From Eledone cirrhosa (lineage: Eukaryota), in the NCBI GenBank assembly GCA_964016885.1, contig OZ024759.1, forward strand, positions 5,208,001 to 5,272,000: a stretch of DNA of 64,000 bases. Reading direction: 5' to 3'. Positions 1 to 12,150 of this stretch are shown here, one piece after another; within the stretch, counting starts at the first letter, position 1; every line of letters starts with the position of its first letter. The position numbers and the translations under genes are program-made. Under the pieces are notes generated by a model. That model saw nothing but the letters and a program-made list of their open reading frames with translations, did not search any database and was not told where the DNA came from.

Positions 1-39
1 ATTAAATTAAGGGTGTCATGTCCGAGAGACATGCGCCAT

Positions 40-149
40 TAAACAACATAAGACAATTATTCCATTTACCAAAGGTTTTATGAAGACTGACGAGCTCGTC
101 TGTCTTCGTGAAACCTTTGGTAAATGGAATAATTGTCTTATGTTGTTTA
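40..149. repeat. Near-perfect 110-bp palindrome, Penelope-like inverted remnant
   Basis: Arms aaacaacataagacaattattccatttaccaaagg / cctttggtaaatggaataattgtcttatgttgttt centred on gagctc (92-97); contains ctgacga...gaaac. Confidence 0.85.
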
Positions 150-289
150 TTACATAACTAAATAGCTCTGTAGCTTACATAGTGCACTCTCCTTTCCTTC
201 GGAAACACTTAATATATATATATGCAGAAGACCTGACTTCCCTAGGGTACAAGCCGAAGCTGAAGCATATGGAAAATATGCCCCCACCC

Positions 290-560
290 CCTCCTCCCAC
301 TGCAAAGTGGTCGTGGAGGTGTCATGACAAAAAAGCACCCAGCCCACACTGTAAAGTGGACATGTAGGCGCCACGGTAAAAAAGCACCTAGCACTCACTG
401 TAAATGAGGTTGGTGTTAGGAAGGGCATCCAGCTGTAGAAATCAAGCCAGCATCAGTTCCCATATGAGCAAGACAAGGTCACTCGACCTGGCATTGCCTA
501 CAACAGGACAACCGGTCTAACCCATGGAAGAATGGACGTAAAAGGGTGATGGTGATGATA
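290..560 (+). mobile_element. SINE/LINE-tail dispersed repeat
   Basis: ggttggtgttaggaagggcatccagctgtagaaa...ggacgtaaaa(gat)n; same motif at 25640, 35320, 36270 (minus), 37745, 38590. Confidence 0.7.
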
Positions 561-721
561 TATATTTTTTTCACTAATGTCACACAAAATTGTATGTTTT
601 TTGTAGCTTTATGGTTTAACGGTTTCCTTTTTAAAAATTGTTTTTTTGTTTTGTTTTGTTTTCGTTCGCTGTCTTCTCTTTTCTTTGTTGATTTTCTTAA
701 ATATATATATATATAAATATA

Positions 722-758
<37 letters not shown>

Positions 759-1485
759 TTTTTTTTTTTTCTGATTCCACCCTGCCTGTCCCTTCAATCT
801 TTCTAATTTCTCATTCTTTCTTCTGATGAAGGACTAGCGTCCAAAACCTTAAAACCCTCTTGTTGCTATTTCAAGTGTTAACCTAATATTTTCTTTCCAT
901 ATACTGTACCGATTGTGTTGTTATCTCTGTTTACACACAATCATCATCATCATCATCATCATTTTACGTCCGCCTTTCCCTGCTTGCAAGGGTTGGACGG
1001 GTTCTATTCAGCGCAGCATCTCTCCACTTGTCACGGTCCTTCGTCATCTCCTCAGATTACATTTATTGTATTCAGCCATGTAGAGTGGAAATTTTATTTT
1101 ATTTGAATGTGGCAAAGCCGGTCATTTATTGCTCGTATACAGGAAACTGACTGGCCAGTCTGCTGATATACAAATCTGGCTGATCAGTGGATCTGCTAAT
1201 ATGCAGATCTGACTGATCAGCCAGTCTGCTAATATGGAAATCAGGCCGATCAGCCACTGTATATTTTAGAAAATAGTATATATTTTCACTAGCTCTGACA
1301 GTTGGCAGGTGAAGAGTGAGCTGTACTGATGAAGGCTGATACCCAGAAAAATTAGTGTCTGCAATTCTGTTTACATGCCAACACAAGAGCAAGAATGATG
1401 GGTTCATTCTATTGACATGGCTTTAAAATTGAGGCTTGTTTGCATAATTGCAGACGAATCGAATGCTATTATTAATATTCGAAAA

Positions 1486-1678
1486 GGGCGGTAGATTGGC
1501 AGTATCGGTAGAGGGTCGGACCATGCTTTGACGCATAAAGTTACGGCCCTTGCTATTCTGAGTTCAAATCCCGCTGAGGTTAACTTTGCCTTTCATCCTT
1601 ATGGGGTCGATAAAATAAAGTACCAGTAATACACTGGGTAATTGCTGGCCTTGTGCCAAAAGTAGAAACAATTATTAA
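1486..1678 (+). mobile_element. tRNA-derived SINE (family B) with TSD
   Basis: Head gggcggtagattggcagtatcggtagag, box B gagttcaaatccc, tail ggccttgtgcc...aacaattatt; attattaatattcgaaaa on both sides. Confidence 0.8.
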
Positions 1679-1839
1679 TATTCGAAAAACTCAGATTACA
1701 TATATATATAGAGATATATATATATGGCTTAAAAGAGAAGATGAATGGTGTGTCTGACACATTGAGGTTGATGGAGACACCTTGCTGAGAGTCATAACAC
1801 CAGACACTTCAAATTTCATGCTGTTCTGATGCATTGAGA

Positions 1840-2070
1840 TGGAACAGCTGCTACCTTTATAACCAGCACCACACCCTCCATTGGAACACACACCTGTCTG
1901 ACAGTTGCTACTTCCACAACCAGCACCACATCTTCCGCTGGAACACATACCTGTCTGACAGTTGATACCTTTATAATCAGCACCACACATTCTACTATAA
2001 CACACACCTGTCTCTGTGTTACACCTGTCTCTGTGTTACATCTGTCTCTGTGTTACACCTACTGTCATCT
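1840..2070 (-). repeat. Three tandem 57-bp copies of the 3' half of the EGF exon
   Basis: In-frame CYSRMCGADYKGINCQTG / MCSSGRCGAGCGSSNCQTG / VCSNGGCGAGYKGSSC; no clear acceptor. Confidence 0.7.
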
Positions 2071-2117
2071 TGTTTCAATATATTAAGTTACAAACAAAGC
2101 TATACTACACCACTTAC

Positions 2118-2255
2118 CTGTCTGACAGTTGCTACCTTCATAACCAGCAGCACATCCGCCACTAAAATACACACCTGTCTGTTTGTTACACCTGTTGTTG
2201 TCAGTACAGTGACAGATGCTTTCGCAGTTGGGTCCAAATTTACCAATATCACAAA
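2118..2255 (-). CDS. EGF-like exon (138 bp, phase 1-1) of MEGF10/11-SREC-like protein; one Cys>Tyr
   Basis: tttag|TT TGT GAT ATT GGT...CAG ACA G|gtaagt; CDIGKFGPNCESICHCTDNNRCNKQTGVYFSGGCAAGYEGSNCQT. Confidence 0.8.
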
Positions 2256-2322
2256 CTAAACATACAAAAAAAATAGATAAACAAATTCTGAAGAAGTCAC
2301 GGCTGTTCCACATTTCTAGTCA

Positions 2323-3260
2323 CTGTACTATTGTAACTAGTACTCTACTAACTACCACTATACTAACTATTGTAACTAGTACTCTACTAACTACTACTAC
2401 ATCATTCACTATACTAACTATTGTAACTAGTACTCTACTAACTACCACTATACTAACTATTGTAACTAGTACTCTATTAACTACCACTACATCATTCACT
2501 ATACTAACTATTGTAACTAGTACTCTACTAACTACCACTATACCATTCACTATACTAACTATTGTAACTAGTACTCTACTAACTACCACTACATCATTCA
2601 CTATACTAACTATTGTAACTAGTACTCTACTAACTACCACTATACCATTCACTATACTAACTATTGTAACTAGTACTCTACTAACTACCACTACATCATT
2701 CACTATACTAACTATTGTAACTAGTACTCTACTAACTACCACTATACCATTCACTATACTAACTATTGTAACTAGTACTCTACTAACTACCACTATACCA
2801 TTCACTATACTAACTATTGTAACTAGTACTCTACTAACTACCACTACATCATTCACTATACTAACTATTGTAACTAGTACTCTACTAACTACCACTACAT
2901 CATTCACTATACTAACTATTGTAACTAGTACTCTACTAATTACCACTATACCAATCACTATACTAACTATTGTAACTAGTACTCTACTAACTACCACTAC
3001 ATCATTCACTATACTAACTATTGTAACTAGTACTCTACTAACTACCACTATACCATTCACTATACTAACTACCACTACATCATTCACTATACTAACTATT
3101 GTAACTAGTACTCTACTAACTACTACTACATCATTCATTATACTAACTATTGTAACTAGTACTCTACTAACTACTACTAAATCATTCACTATACTAACTA
3201 TTGTAACTAGTACGCTACTAACTACCACTATACCATTCACTATACTATTATAACTACCAC
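2323..3260. repeat. 51-bp minisatellite (with 39-bp variants)
   Basis: Unit actatactaactattgtaactagtactctactaactaccactacatcattc; resumes at about 5805-5870 after a SINE. Confidence 0.9.
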
Positions 3261-3264
3261 TCTG

Positions 3265-5800
3265 TAGTAGTAGTAGTGGCACTCCATCGGTTACGATGAG
3301 TGTTCCAACTGATACAATCAACAGTACAGCCTGCTCGTGAAATTTACATGCAAGTGGCTGAGTATTCCACAAACACGCGTACCCATAATATAGTTCTCAG
3401 GGAGATTCAGCAAGACACAATATGTGACAAGGCTAGCATTTCGAATTACAGGTACAGTTCATTTTTGCCAGCTGAGTGGACTGGAGCAACATGAAATAAA
3501 GTGTCTTGCTCAAGGACACAGTGGACTGGAGCAACATGAAATAAAGTGTCTTGCTCAAGGACACAGTGGACTGGAGCAACATGAAATAAAGTGTCTTGCT
3601 CAAGGACACAGTGGACTGGAGCAACATGAAATAAAGTGTCTTGCTCAAGGACACAGTGGACTGGAGCAACATGAAATAAAGTGTCTTGCTCAAGGACACA
3701 GTGGACTGGAGCAACATGAAATAAGGTGTCTTGCTCAAGGACACAGTGGACTGGAGCAACATGAAATAAGGTGTCTTGCTCAAGGACACAGTGGACTGGA
3801 GCAACATGAAATAAAGTGTCTTGCTCAAGGACACAGTGGACTGGAGCAACATGAAATAAGGTGTCTTGCTCAAGGACACAGTGGACTGGAGCAACATGAA
3901 ATAAAGTGTCTTGCTCAAGGACACAGTGGACTGGAGCAACATGAAATAAAGTGTCTTGCTCAAGGACACAGTGGACTGGAGCAACATGAAATAAAGTGTC
4001 TTGCTCAAGAATACAGTGGACTGGAGCAACATGAAATAAAGTGTCTTGCTCAAGGACACAGTGGACTGGAGCAACATGAAATAAGGTGTCTTGTTCAAGG
4101 ACACAGTGGACTGGAGCAACATGAAATAAGGTGTCTTGCTCAAGGACACAGTGGACTGGAGCAACATGAAATAAAGTGTCTTGCTCAAGGACACAGTGGA
4201 CTGGAGCAACATGAAATAAGGTGTCTTGCTCAAGGACACAGTGGACTGGAGCAACATGAAATAAAGTGTCTTGCTCAAGGACACAGTGGACTGGAGCAAC
4301 ATGAAATAAAGTGTCTTGCTCAAGGACACAGTGGACTGGAGCAACATGAAATAAGGTGTCTTGCTCAAGGACACAGTGGACTGGAGCAACATGAAATAAA
4401 GTGTCTTGCTCAAGGACACAGTGGACTGGAGCAACATGAAATAAAGTGTCTTGCTCAAGGACACAGTGGACTGGAGCAACATGAAATAAGGTGTCTTGCT
4501 CAAGGACACAGTGGACTGGAGCAACATGAAATAAGGTGTCTTGCTCAAGGACACAGTGGACTGGAGCAACATGAAATAAAGTGTCTTGCTCAAGGACACA
4601 GTGGACTGGAGCAACATGAAATAAGGTGTCTTGCTCAAGGACACAGTGGACTGGAGCAACATGAAATAAAGTGTCTTGCTCAAGGACACAGTGGACTGGA
4701 GCAACATGAAATAAAGTGTCTTGCTCAAGGACACAGTGGACTGGAGCAACATGAAATAAGGTGTCTTGCTCAAGGACACAGTGGACTGGAGCAACATGAA
4801 ATAAAGTGTCTTGCTCAAGGACACAGTGGACTGGAGCAACATGAAATAAAGTGTCTTGCTCAAGGACACAGTGGACTGGAGCAACATGAAATAAAGTGTC
4901 TTGCTCAAGGACACAGTGGACTGGAGCAACATGAAATAAAGTGTCTTGCTCAAGGACACAGTGGACTGGAGCAACATGAAATAAAGTGTCTTGCTCAAGG
5001 ACACAGTGGACTGGAGCAACATGAAATAAAGTGTCTTGCTCAAGGACACAGTGGACTGGAGCAACATGAAATAAAGTGTCTTGCTCAAGGACACAGTGGA
5101 CTGGAGCAACATGAAATAAGGTGTCTTGCTCAAGGACACAGTGGACTGGAGCAACATGAAATAAAGTGTCTTGCTCAAGGACACAGTGGACTGGAGCAAC
5201 ATGAAATAAGGTGTCTTGCTCAAGGACACAGTGGACTGGAGCAACATGAAATAAAGTGTCTTGCTCAAGGACACAGTGGACTAGAGCAACATGAAATAAA
5301 GTGTCTTGCTCAAGGACACAGTGGACTGGAGCAACATGAAATAAAGTGTCTTGCTCAAGGACACAGTGGACTGGAGCAACATGAAATAAAGTGTCTTGCT
5401 CAAGGACACAGTGGACTGGAGCAACATGAAATAAAGTGTCTTGCTCAAGGACACAGTGGACTAGAGCAACATGAAATAAAGTGTCTTGCTCAAGGACACA
5501 GTGGACTGGAGCAACATGAAATAAAGTGTCTTGCTCAAGGACACAGTGGACTGGAGCAACATGAAATAAAGTGTCTTGCTCAAGGACACAGTGGACTGGA
5601 GCAACATGAAATAAAGTGTCTTGCTCAAGGACACAGTGGACTGGAGCAACATGAAATAAAGTGTCTTGCTCAAGGACACAGTGGACTGGAGCAACATGAA
5701 ATAAAGTGTCTTGCTCAAGGACACAATGTACTGCTGGGAATTGAACTCGTGACCTTACAATCTTAAGCCGAATACCCTAACTACGAAGCCACGTGCTTCA
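3265..5800 (-). mobile_element. tRNA-derived CORE-like SINE with internally amplified 45-bp unit
   Basis: Head near 5730-5800 (box B gagttcaattcc on minus strand), (agt)n tail at 3265, candidate TSD ccactct. Confidence 0.75.
3476..5725. repeat. 45-bp minisatellite, about 50 near-identical copies
   Basis: Unit gtggactggagcaacatgaaataaagtgtcttgctcaaggacaca. Confidence 0.95.
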
Positions 5801-5889
5801 CTCCACTCTACCGCTCTACTAACTACCACTACACCATTCATTATACTAACTATTATAACTACCACTCTACTAGTAATATTTATGAGTAA

Positions 5890-6225
5890 TATTAACTAAT
5901 TATATTAACTAATTATATTGACTAATTATATTGACTAATTATATTAACTAATTATATAGACTAATTATATTAACTAATTATATTGACTAATTATATTGAC
6001 TAATTATATAGACTAATTATATTAACTAATTATATTGACTAATTATATTGACTAATTATATTGACTAATTATATTGACTAATAATATTGACTAATTATAT
6101 TGACTAATTATATTGACTAATAATATTGACTAATTATATTGACTAATAATATTGACTAATAATATTGACTAATAATATTGACTAATTATATTGACTAATA
6201 ATATTGACTAATTATATGAACTAAT
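5890..6225. repeat. 13-bp AT-rich minisatellite
   Basis: (gactaattatatt)n. Confidence 0.85.
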
Positions 6226-6360
6226 AATTGTTTCTACGTAAGGCACAAGGCCAGCAATTACACAGTACATTACTGGTACTTTATTTTATCGACCCCGTAA
6301 GGATGAAAGGCAAAGTCAACCTCGGCGGGATTTGAACTCAGATCGTAAAGGGACGTAACT
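6225..6360 (-). mobile_element. SINE family B, partial
   Basis: ggcacaaggccagc...cgaccccgtaaggatgaaaggcaaagtcaacctcggcgggatttgaactcag. Confidence 0.7.
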
Positions 6361-6407
6361 GGGTTCAAATCCTACTGAAGTTATAGCTCTGGCTTTCATC
6401 CTAACAA

Positions 6408-6622
6408 GGTTGATAAAGTAAAGTACCAGTAACGTACTGGGGTTGATAAAGTAAAGTACCAGTAACGTACTGGGGTTGATAAAGTAAAGTACCAGTAATG
6501 TACTGGGGTTGATAAAGTAAAGTACCAGTAACGTACTGGGGTTGATAAAGTAAAGTACCAGTAATGTACTGGGGTTGATAAAGTACCAGTAACGTACTGG
6601 GGTTGATAAAATAAAGTACCTG
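6408..6622. repeat. 33-bp tandem repeat derived from SINE B interior
   Basis: (ggggttgataaagtaaagtaccagtaacgtact) about 6 copies. Confidence 0.85.
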
Positions 6623-6663
6623 GACTGGTGAGAGATAAAAGCTGAGATATGAAAATAACTAAC

Positions 6664-6801
6664 CTTTCTGACAACTGTTTCCTTCATAACCTGGAGCACA
6701 TCTACCCCTTGAACAGATCCCTAATTCCACATTACACCTGTTGTTATCTTCACAATGACACACCTGATCACAGTTGGCACCAAGTCTTCCACTACTGCAC
6801 A
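6664..6801 (-). CDS. EGF-like exon (138 bp, phase 1-1)
   Basis: ttacag|TG TGC AGT...CAG AAA G|gttagt; CSSGRLGANCDQVCHCEDNNRCNVELGICSRGRCAPGYEGNSCQK, 8 Cys. Confidence 0.88.
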
Positions 6802-6828
6802 CTGTAACAGGAAAACATTGGTGTAGAT

Positions 6829-7555
6829 CAGGGATTGGCAACTTCTTTGCCTCCACGGGCCGGACGAACGCCATAAAAGAATAATTATGGAAAATTACAC
6901 AAGCTAAAATTTAATCTCGAGTGTTGACTATACTATTCATTTCTCAAATCTTGAATTATATTCACAAATACCTCTGAATCCTGTGATTTCCCTCCTTGAA
7001 ATGATGGAAAATGCACAATTTTTATTTCAAAGTTGATGTTCCCACAACTGTAGCTTTTTTTCAAAGACAACAATATGGTTATACATTTCATTTACGAGCT
7101 GAGTTTTACCTTGAAGTTGTAAATTTAAGTTATTTAACCCTTTAGCACTTACATTATTCTATATTTACTATTGTAGTTTCACAGTAAACACTTTATCTTA
7201 TATAGTTATCTCACATAATATTGAATCTATGAGATTTTGATATTATTTATTTTGAGAAGAATACCTTAACGTCAGTATGAGTGGCTAGTTACAGCCGGTT
7301 TGAACAGAAAAAAGTGAGAGATTTCTGGCCGGATATGGCCGGTTTAAATGCTAAAGGGTTAAACGAGTCACAATATCCTCAATAAATACCAAAGTTGTAA
7401 CAGCAGGCCTTTTATTGTATTCGAAAGGCTCGTCTCTCATGTTACAATAAATTTAAATTTTAAATAAACAACTCATTGGGCATAAGTTCTTGCAGGCTGG
7501 TCGAAATCCTTTCCTGAGCTGGACCGGCCTGTGCGCCATAAGTAGCCAACCCCTG
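6829..7555. mobile_element. Non-autonomous hAT-like DNA transposon
   Basis: Termini cagggattggcaac / gtagccaacccctg; degenerate 8-bp flanks gtgtagat / ctgtaggg. Confidence 0.65.
7138..7358 (+). mobile_element. piggyBac-like MITE (221 bp), unexpanded form, nested in the hAT element
   Basis: TTAA|ccctttagca...tgctaaaggg|TTAA. Confidence 0.85.
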
Positions 7556-7675
7556 CTGTAGGGTAATGTCTTGTGATGGTAATGGTGGTACTGGTGGTAG
7601 TAGTGGGAATATTGCACCGGACAATTCTCGTTTCATTTTCTTCCAATTTTCTCTGTTGCTCCATGTTCATCACTC

Positions 7676-9300
7676 ATGTCTCACTCCTATAAATCATGTC
7701 ACTTCTAACACATGTAGCAAACATCTTTCCCTTCCATGTCTCACTCCTATAAATCATATCACTTCTAACACATGTAGCAAACATCTTTCCCTTCCATGTC
7801 TCACTCCTATAAATCATGTCACTTCTAACACATGTAGCAAACATCTTTCCCTTCCATGTCTCACTCCTATAAATCATATCACTTCTAACACATGTAGCAA
7901 ACATCTTTCCCTTCCATGTCTCACTCCTATAAATCATATTACTTTTAACACATGTAGCAAACATCTTTCCCTTCCATGTCTCACTCCTATAAATCATGTC
8001 ACTTCTAACACATGTAGCAAACATCTTTCCCTTCCATGTCTCACTCCTATAAATCATATCACTTCTAACACATGTAGCAAACATCTTTCCCTTCCATCTC
8101 TCACTCCTATAAATCATGTCACTTCTAACACATGTAGCAAACATCTTTCCCTTCCATGTCTCACTCCTATAAATCATGTCACTTCTAACACATGTAGCAA
8201 ACATCTTTCCCTTCCATGTCTCACTCCTATAAATCATATCACTTCTAACACATGTAGCAAACATCTTTCCCTTCCATGTCTCACTCCTATAAATCATGTC
8301 ACTTCTAACATATGTAGCAAACATCTTTCCCTTCCATGTCTCACTCCTATAAATCATGTCACTTCTAACACATGTAGCAAACATCTTTCCCTTCATGTCT
8401 CACTCCTATAAATCATGTCACTTCTAACATATGTAGCAAACATCTTTCCCTTCCATGTCTCACTCCTATAAATCATGTCACTTCTAACACATGTAGCAAA
8501 CATCTTTCCCTTCCATGTCTCACTCCTATAAATCATGTCACTTCTAACACATGTAGCAAACATATTTCCCTTCCATGCCTCACTCCTATAAATTATGTCA
8601 CTTCTAACACATGTAGCAAACATCTTTCCCTTCCATGTCTCACTCCTATAAATCATGTCACTTCTAACACATGTAGCAAACATCTTTCCCTTCCATGTCT
8701 CACTCCTATAAATCATGTCACTTCTAACATATGTAGCAAACATCTTTCCCTTCCATGCCTCACTCCTATAAATCATGTCACTTCTAACACATGTAGCAAA
8801 CATCTTTCCCTTCCATGTCTCACTCCTATAAATCATGTCACTTCTAACACATGTAGCAAACATCTTTCCCTTCCATGTCTCACTCCTATAAATCATGTCA
8901 CTTCTAACACATGTAGCAAACATCTTTCCCTTCCATGTCTCACTCCTATAAATCATGTCACTTCTAACATATGTAGCAAACATCTTTCCCTTCCATGCCT
9001 CACTCCTATAAATCATGTCACTTCTAACACATGTAGCAAACATCTTTCCCTTCCATGTCTCACTCCTATAAATCATGTCACTTCTAACACATGTAGCAAA
9101 CATCTTTCCCTTCCATGTCTCACTCCTATAAATCATGTCACTTCTAACACATGAAGCAAACATCTTTCCCTTCCATGTCTCACTCCTATAAATCATGTCA
9201 CTTCTAACACATGTAGCAAACATCTTTCCCTTCCATGTCTCACTCCTATAAATTATGTCTCTTTTTAAGCATGTATCATACATATCTCTCCTCCATGTGA
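7676..9300. repeat. 60-bp minisatellite derived from an RTE-type LINE coding fragment, about 27 copies
   Basis: Unit catgtctcactcctataaatcatgtcacttctaacacatgtagcaaacatctttcccttc; minus strand reads KGKMFATCVRSDMIYRSETW. Confidence 0.9.
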
Positions 9301-9347
9301 TGTCTCAATATATTATTTTAGAAACAAAGCTACACTACACCACTTAC

Positions 9348-9485
9348 CTGTCTGACAGTTGCTACCTTCATAACCAGCAGCACATCCGCCACTAGAACAC
9401 ACACCTGTCTGTTTGTTACACCTGCTGTTATCTGCACAGTGACATGTATATTTACAGTTGGGTCCAAATTTACCTGTTTTACACC
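9348..9485 (-). CDS. EGF-like exon (138 bp, phase 1-1)
   Basis: ttttcag|GG TGT AAA ACA...CAG ACA G|gtaagt; CKTGKFGPNCKYTCHCADNSRCNKQTGVCSSGGCAAGYEGSNCQT. Confidence 0.88.
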
Positions 9486-9694
9486 CTGAAAATAAAATAT
9501 GAAAGTCTAAATATATTTATTAATTTACATTAATTTCTGATAGTTTCATATTTTACATGGCGGACATTATCAGAGTTTTTGATGAACAGTATGGTTTTCA
9601 TCCTGGACGTAGCAGAGCTGCATGATTAAATAATTAGCTCGAAACCAGTATCACACTGATGATGACATCATATCACCTGCTGATGATGTTTCTC

Positions 9695-9859
9695 ATGGAT
9701 AAGATGAAAGCTTTTTCACAAATGGGATCCTAGCACTGCAACACCAATGGAGAAAGGGTGTGGACCGCAGGGGGGACTATTTGCAAAAATAAACCTCATT
9801 TGGTCACATTGCATGAGAGTAACTTGTTCAACCTAAGAACTATTCAGAAAAGCCTTGTA
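9695..9859 (+). mobile_element. Mariner-like transposase 3' remnant and terminus
   Basis: Degenerate F..GI.AL..W.K.V...GDY C-terminal motif followed by aactattcagaaaagccttgta. Confidence 0.5.
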
Positions 9860-9872
9860 TTACACCACTTAC

Positions 9873-10009
9873 CTGTCTGACAGTTGCTACCTTCATAACC
9901 AGCAGCACATCCTCCACTGGAACACACACCTGTCTGTTTGTTACACCTGTTGTTGTCAGCACAGTGACAAATATTGCCATAGTTGGGCCAAATTTACCTG
10001 TTTTACACA
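9873..10009 (-). pseudogene. Frameshifted EGF exon copy (137 bp)
   Basis: AG/GT intact; 1-bp deletion after TTT GG and a Cys>Tyr (AAC TAT GGC). Confidence 0.75.
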
Positions 10010-10261
10010 CTGAAAATAAAAATATGGAATGTTCTGCATGAGTAAGGGGTTAATGGACAGCTTCTTGCTCCTATAAATCATGTCACCTCTAACACATGTA
10101 GCATACATCTTGCCTTTCCATTCTCTTCAGCTTCTCCTGTAGCTCCATCTTCATCACTCAGTATGTAGCATATATCTTTCCCTTCCATGCGATGCAAACT
10201 TGTTACAAACATTTTCTTTCCATGCGATGTCCCAATATACTAAGTTACAAACAAAGCTTAC

Positions 10262-10381
10262 CTGTCTGACAGTTGCTACCTTCATAACCAGCAGCACATC
10301 CTCCACTGGAACACACACCTGCTGTTGTCAGAACAGTGACATGTGTTGCCACAGTTGGGTCCAATTTACCTGTTTTACACC
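10262..10381 (-). pseudogene. Deleted EGF exon copy (120 bp), frame restored by two compensating deletions
   Basis: ttttcag|GG TGT...G|gtaagc; CKTGKLDPTVATHVTVLTTAGVCSSGGCAAGYEGSNCQT. Confidence 0.7.
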
Positions 10382-11102
10382 CTGAAAATAAAATATGGAA
10401 GTCTAAATATATTTGACAATTCACATTAATTTCTGATAGTCTCATATTTTAAATGGTGGACATTATCCTAATTCTGTAAAATTGAGATAAGAAAGATTGC
10501 TCCAATTAAAGAAGGAACTCCTTGTTAAACCTTCCTGATAAAGTTTATGATAAATGTCTGACAAAGAGAGATTGTTGTGTTCAAGTTAGCTGATGGACAA
10601 TGTGGTTTTACCCTGGATGCAGTAAAGCTGACCAAATATTCACAGTGAGGTAGGTCTTTGATAAATCATGGGATTACTGCCAAGAGATGTATTCCTGTTT
10701 TGCAGACATCAAAAAGGCTTATGACAGTATTTTACAGGATCAGATGTGGAATGTTCTGAATGACTATGGGGTCGATGGACACATCCCGGCTCCAATAAAT
10801 TAGTCATCCCCATTTTTCCTCAACACATGATCCAGCATATCCTTTCATTTCTCTTCATAAATATTATTGACACTATTTACATCAATCTCTGCAAAATATT
10901 GATTTCCTGCCTCTTTCATGGGGATATTTCACCGGACCATTCTCATTTCAAGTCTCCTCTGCTTTCTCTGTTGTTCCATCTTCATCAATCATGTCTCACT
11001 CTTAAAAATAATGTCACTTCTAACACATGTAGCATACATTTTTCCCTTCCATGTGATGTCTCAATATATTAAGTTAGAAACCAAGCTATACTACACCACT
11101 TA

Positions 11103-11965
11103 CCTGTCTGACAGTTTCTATCTTCATAACCAGCACCACACCTGTCTGACAGTTGCTACCTTCATAACCAGCACCACACCTGTCTGACAGTTGTTACCTT
11201 TATAACCAGCACCACACGTGTCTGACAGTTGCTACCTTCATAACCAGCACCACACCTGTCTGACAGTTGTTACCTTTATAACCAGCACCACACCTGTCTG
11301 ACAGTTGTTACCGTCATAACCAGCACCACACCTGTCTGACAGTTGTTACCTTCATAACCAGCACCACACCTGTCTGACAGTTGCTACCTTCATAACCAGC
11401 ACCACACCTGTCTGACAGTTGCTACCTTCATAACCAGCACCACACCTGTCTGACAGTTGTTACCTTTATAACCAGCACCACACCTGTCTGACAGTTGCTA
11501 CCTTCATAACCAACACCACACCTGTCTGACAGTTGTTACCTTCATAACCAGCACCACACCTGTCTGACAGTTGTTACCTTTATAACCAGCACCACACCTG
11601 TCTGACAGTTGCTACCTTCATAACCAGCACCACACCTGTCTGACAGTTGTTACCTTTATAACCAGCACCACACCTGTCTGACAGTTGTTACCTTCATAAC
11701 CAGCACCACACCTGTCTGGCAGTTGCTACCTTCATAACCAGCACCACACCTGTCTGACAGTTGCTATCTTCATAACCAGCACCACACCTGTCTGACAGCT
11801 GATACCTTTATAACAAGCACCACACCTCCACTACAACACACACCTGTCTGACAGCTGATACCTTTATAACTAGCACCACACCTCCACTACAACACACACC
11901 TGTCTGACAGTTGATACCTTTATAACAAGCATCACACCTCCATTACAACACCCACCTGTCTGACA
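11103..11965. repeat. 38-bp minisatellite (about 19 copies) grading into 57-bp units, derived from EGF exon 3' end
   Basis: Unit cctgtctgacagttgctaccttcataaccagcaccaca; retains exon donor cacttacc at its left edge. Confidence 0.9.
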
Positions 11966-11974
11966 CCTGTCTGT

Positions 11975-12150
11975 TTCCATTACTCCTCTCACAGAGTCAC
12001 TTTCATCCATCCTCAACACATGACCCAACCATCTCACACCATTTCTTTTCACAACATTCATCAGTCGTCCTATCCCCATCATCCTTTTTAAATCATCTTT
12101 CAGCAGCCCTCAACTAATCCACTCGATCATTCTCATTTCCATTCTTTCCA
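11975..12150 (-). mobile_element. RTE-type LINE 3' fragment
   Basis: VRWLGHVLRMDESDSVRGVM resembles the RTE C-terminal RLRW.GHV.R motif. Confidence 0.6.

Noticed and set aside
1486-1580. tRNA gene
   Set aside because: A/B-box-like motifs belong to a multi-copy SINE head with body, tail and TSD; no cloverleaf evident.
3424-5766. 780-aa and 613-aa repeat-protein ORFs
   Set aside because: Read-through of a 45-bp SINE-derived satellite; open on both strands, no splice or domain support.
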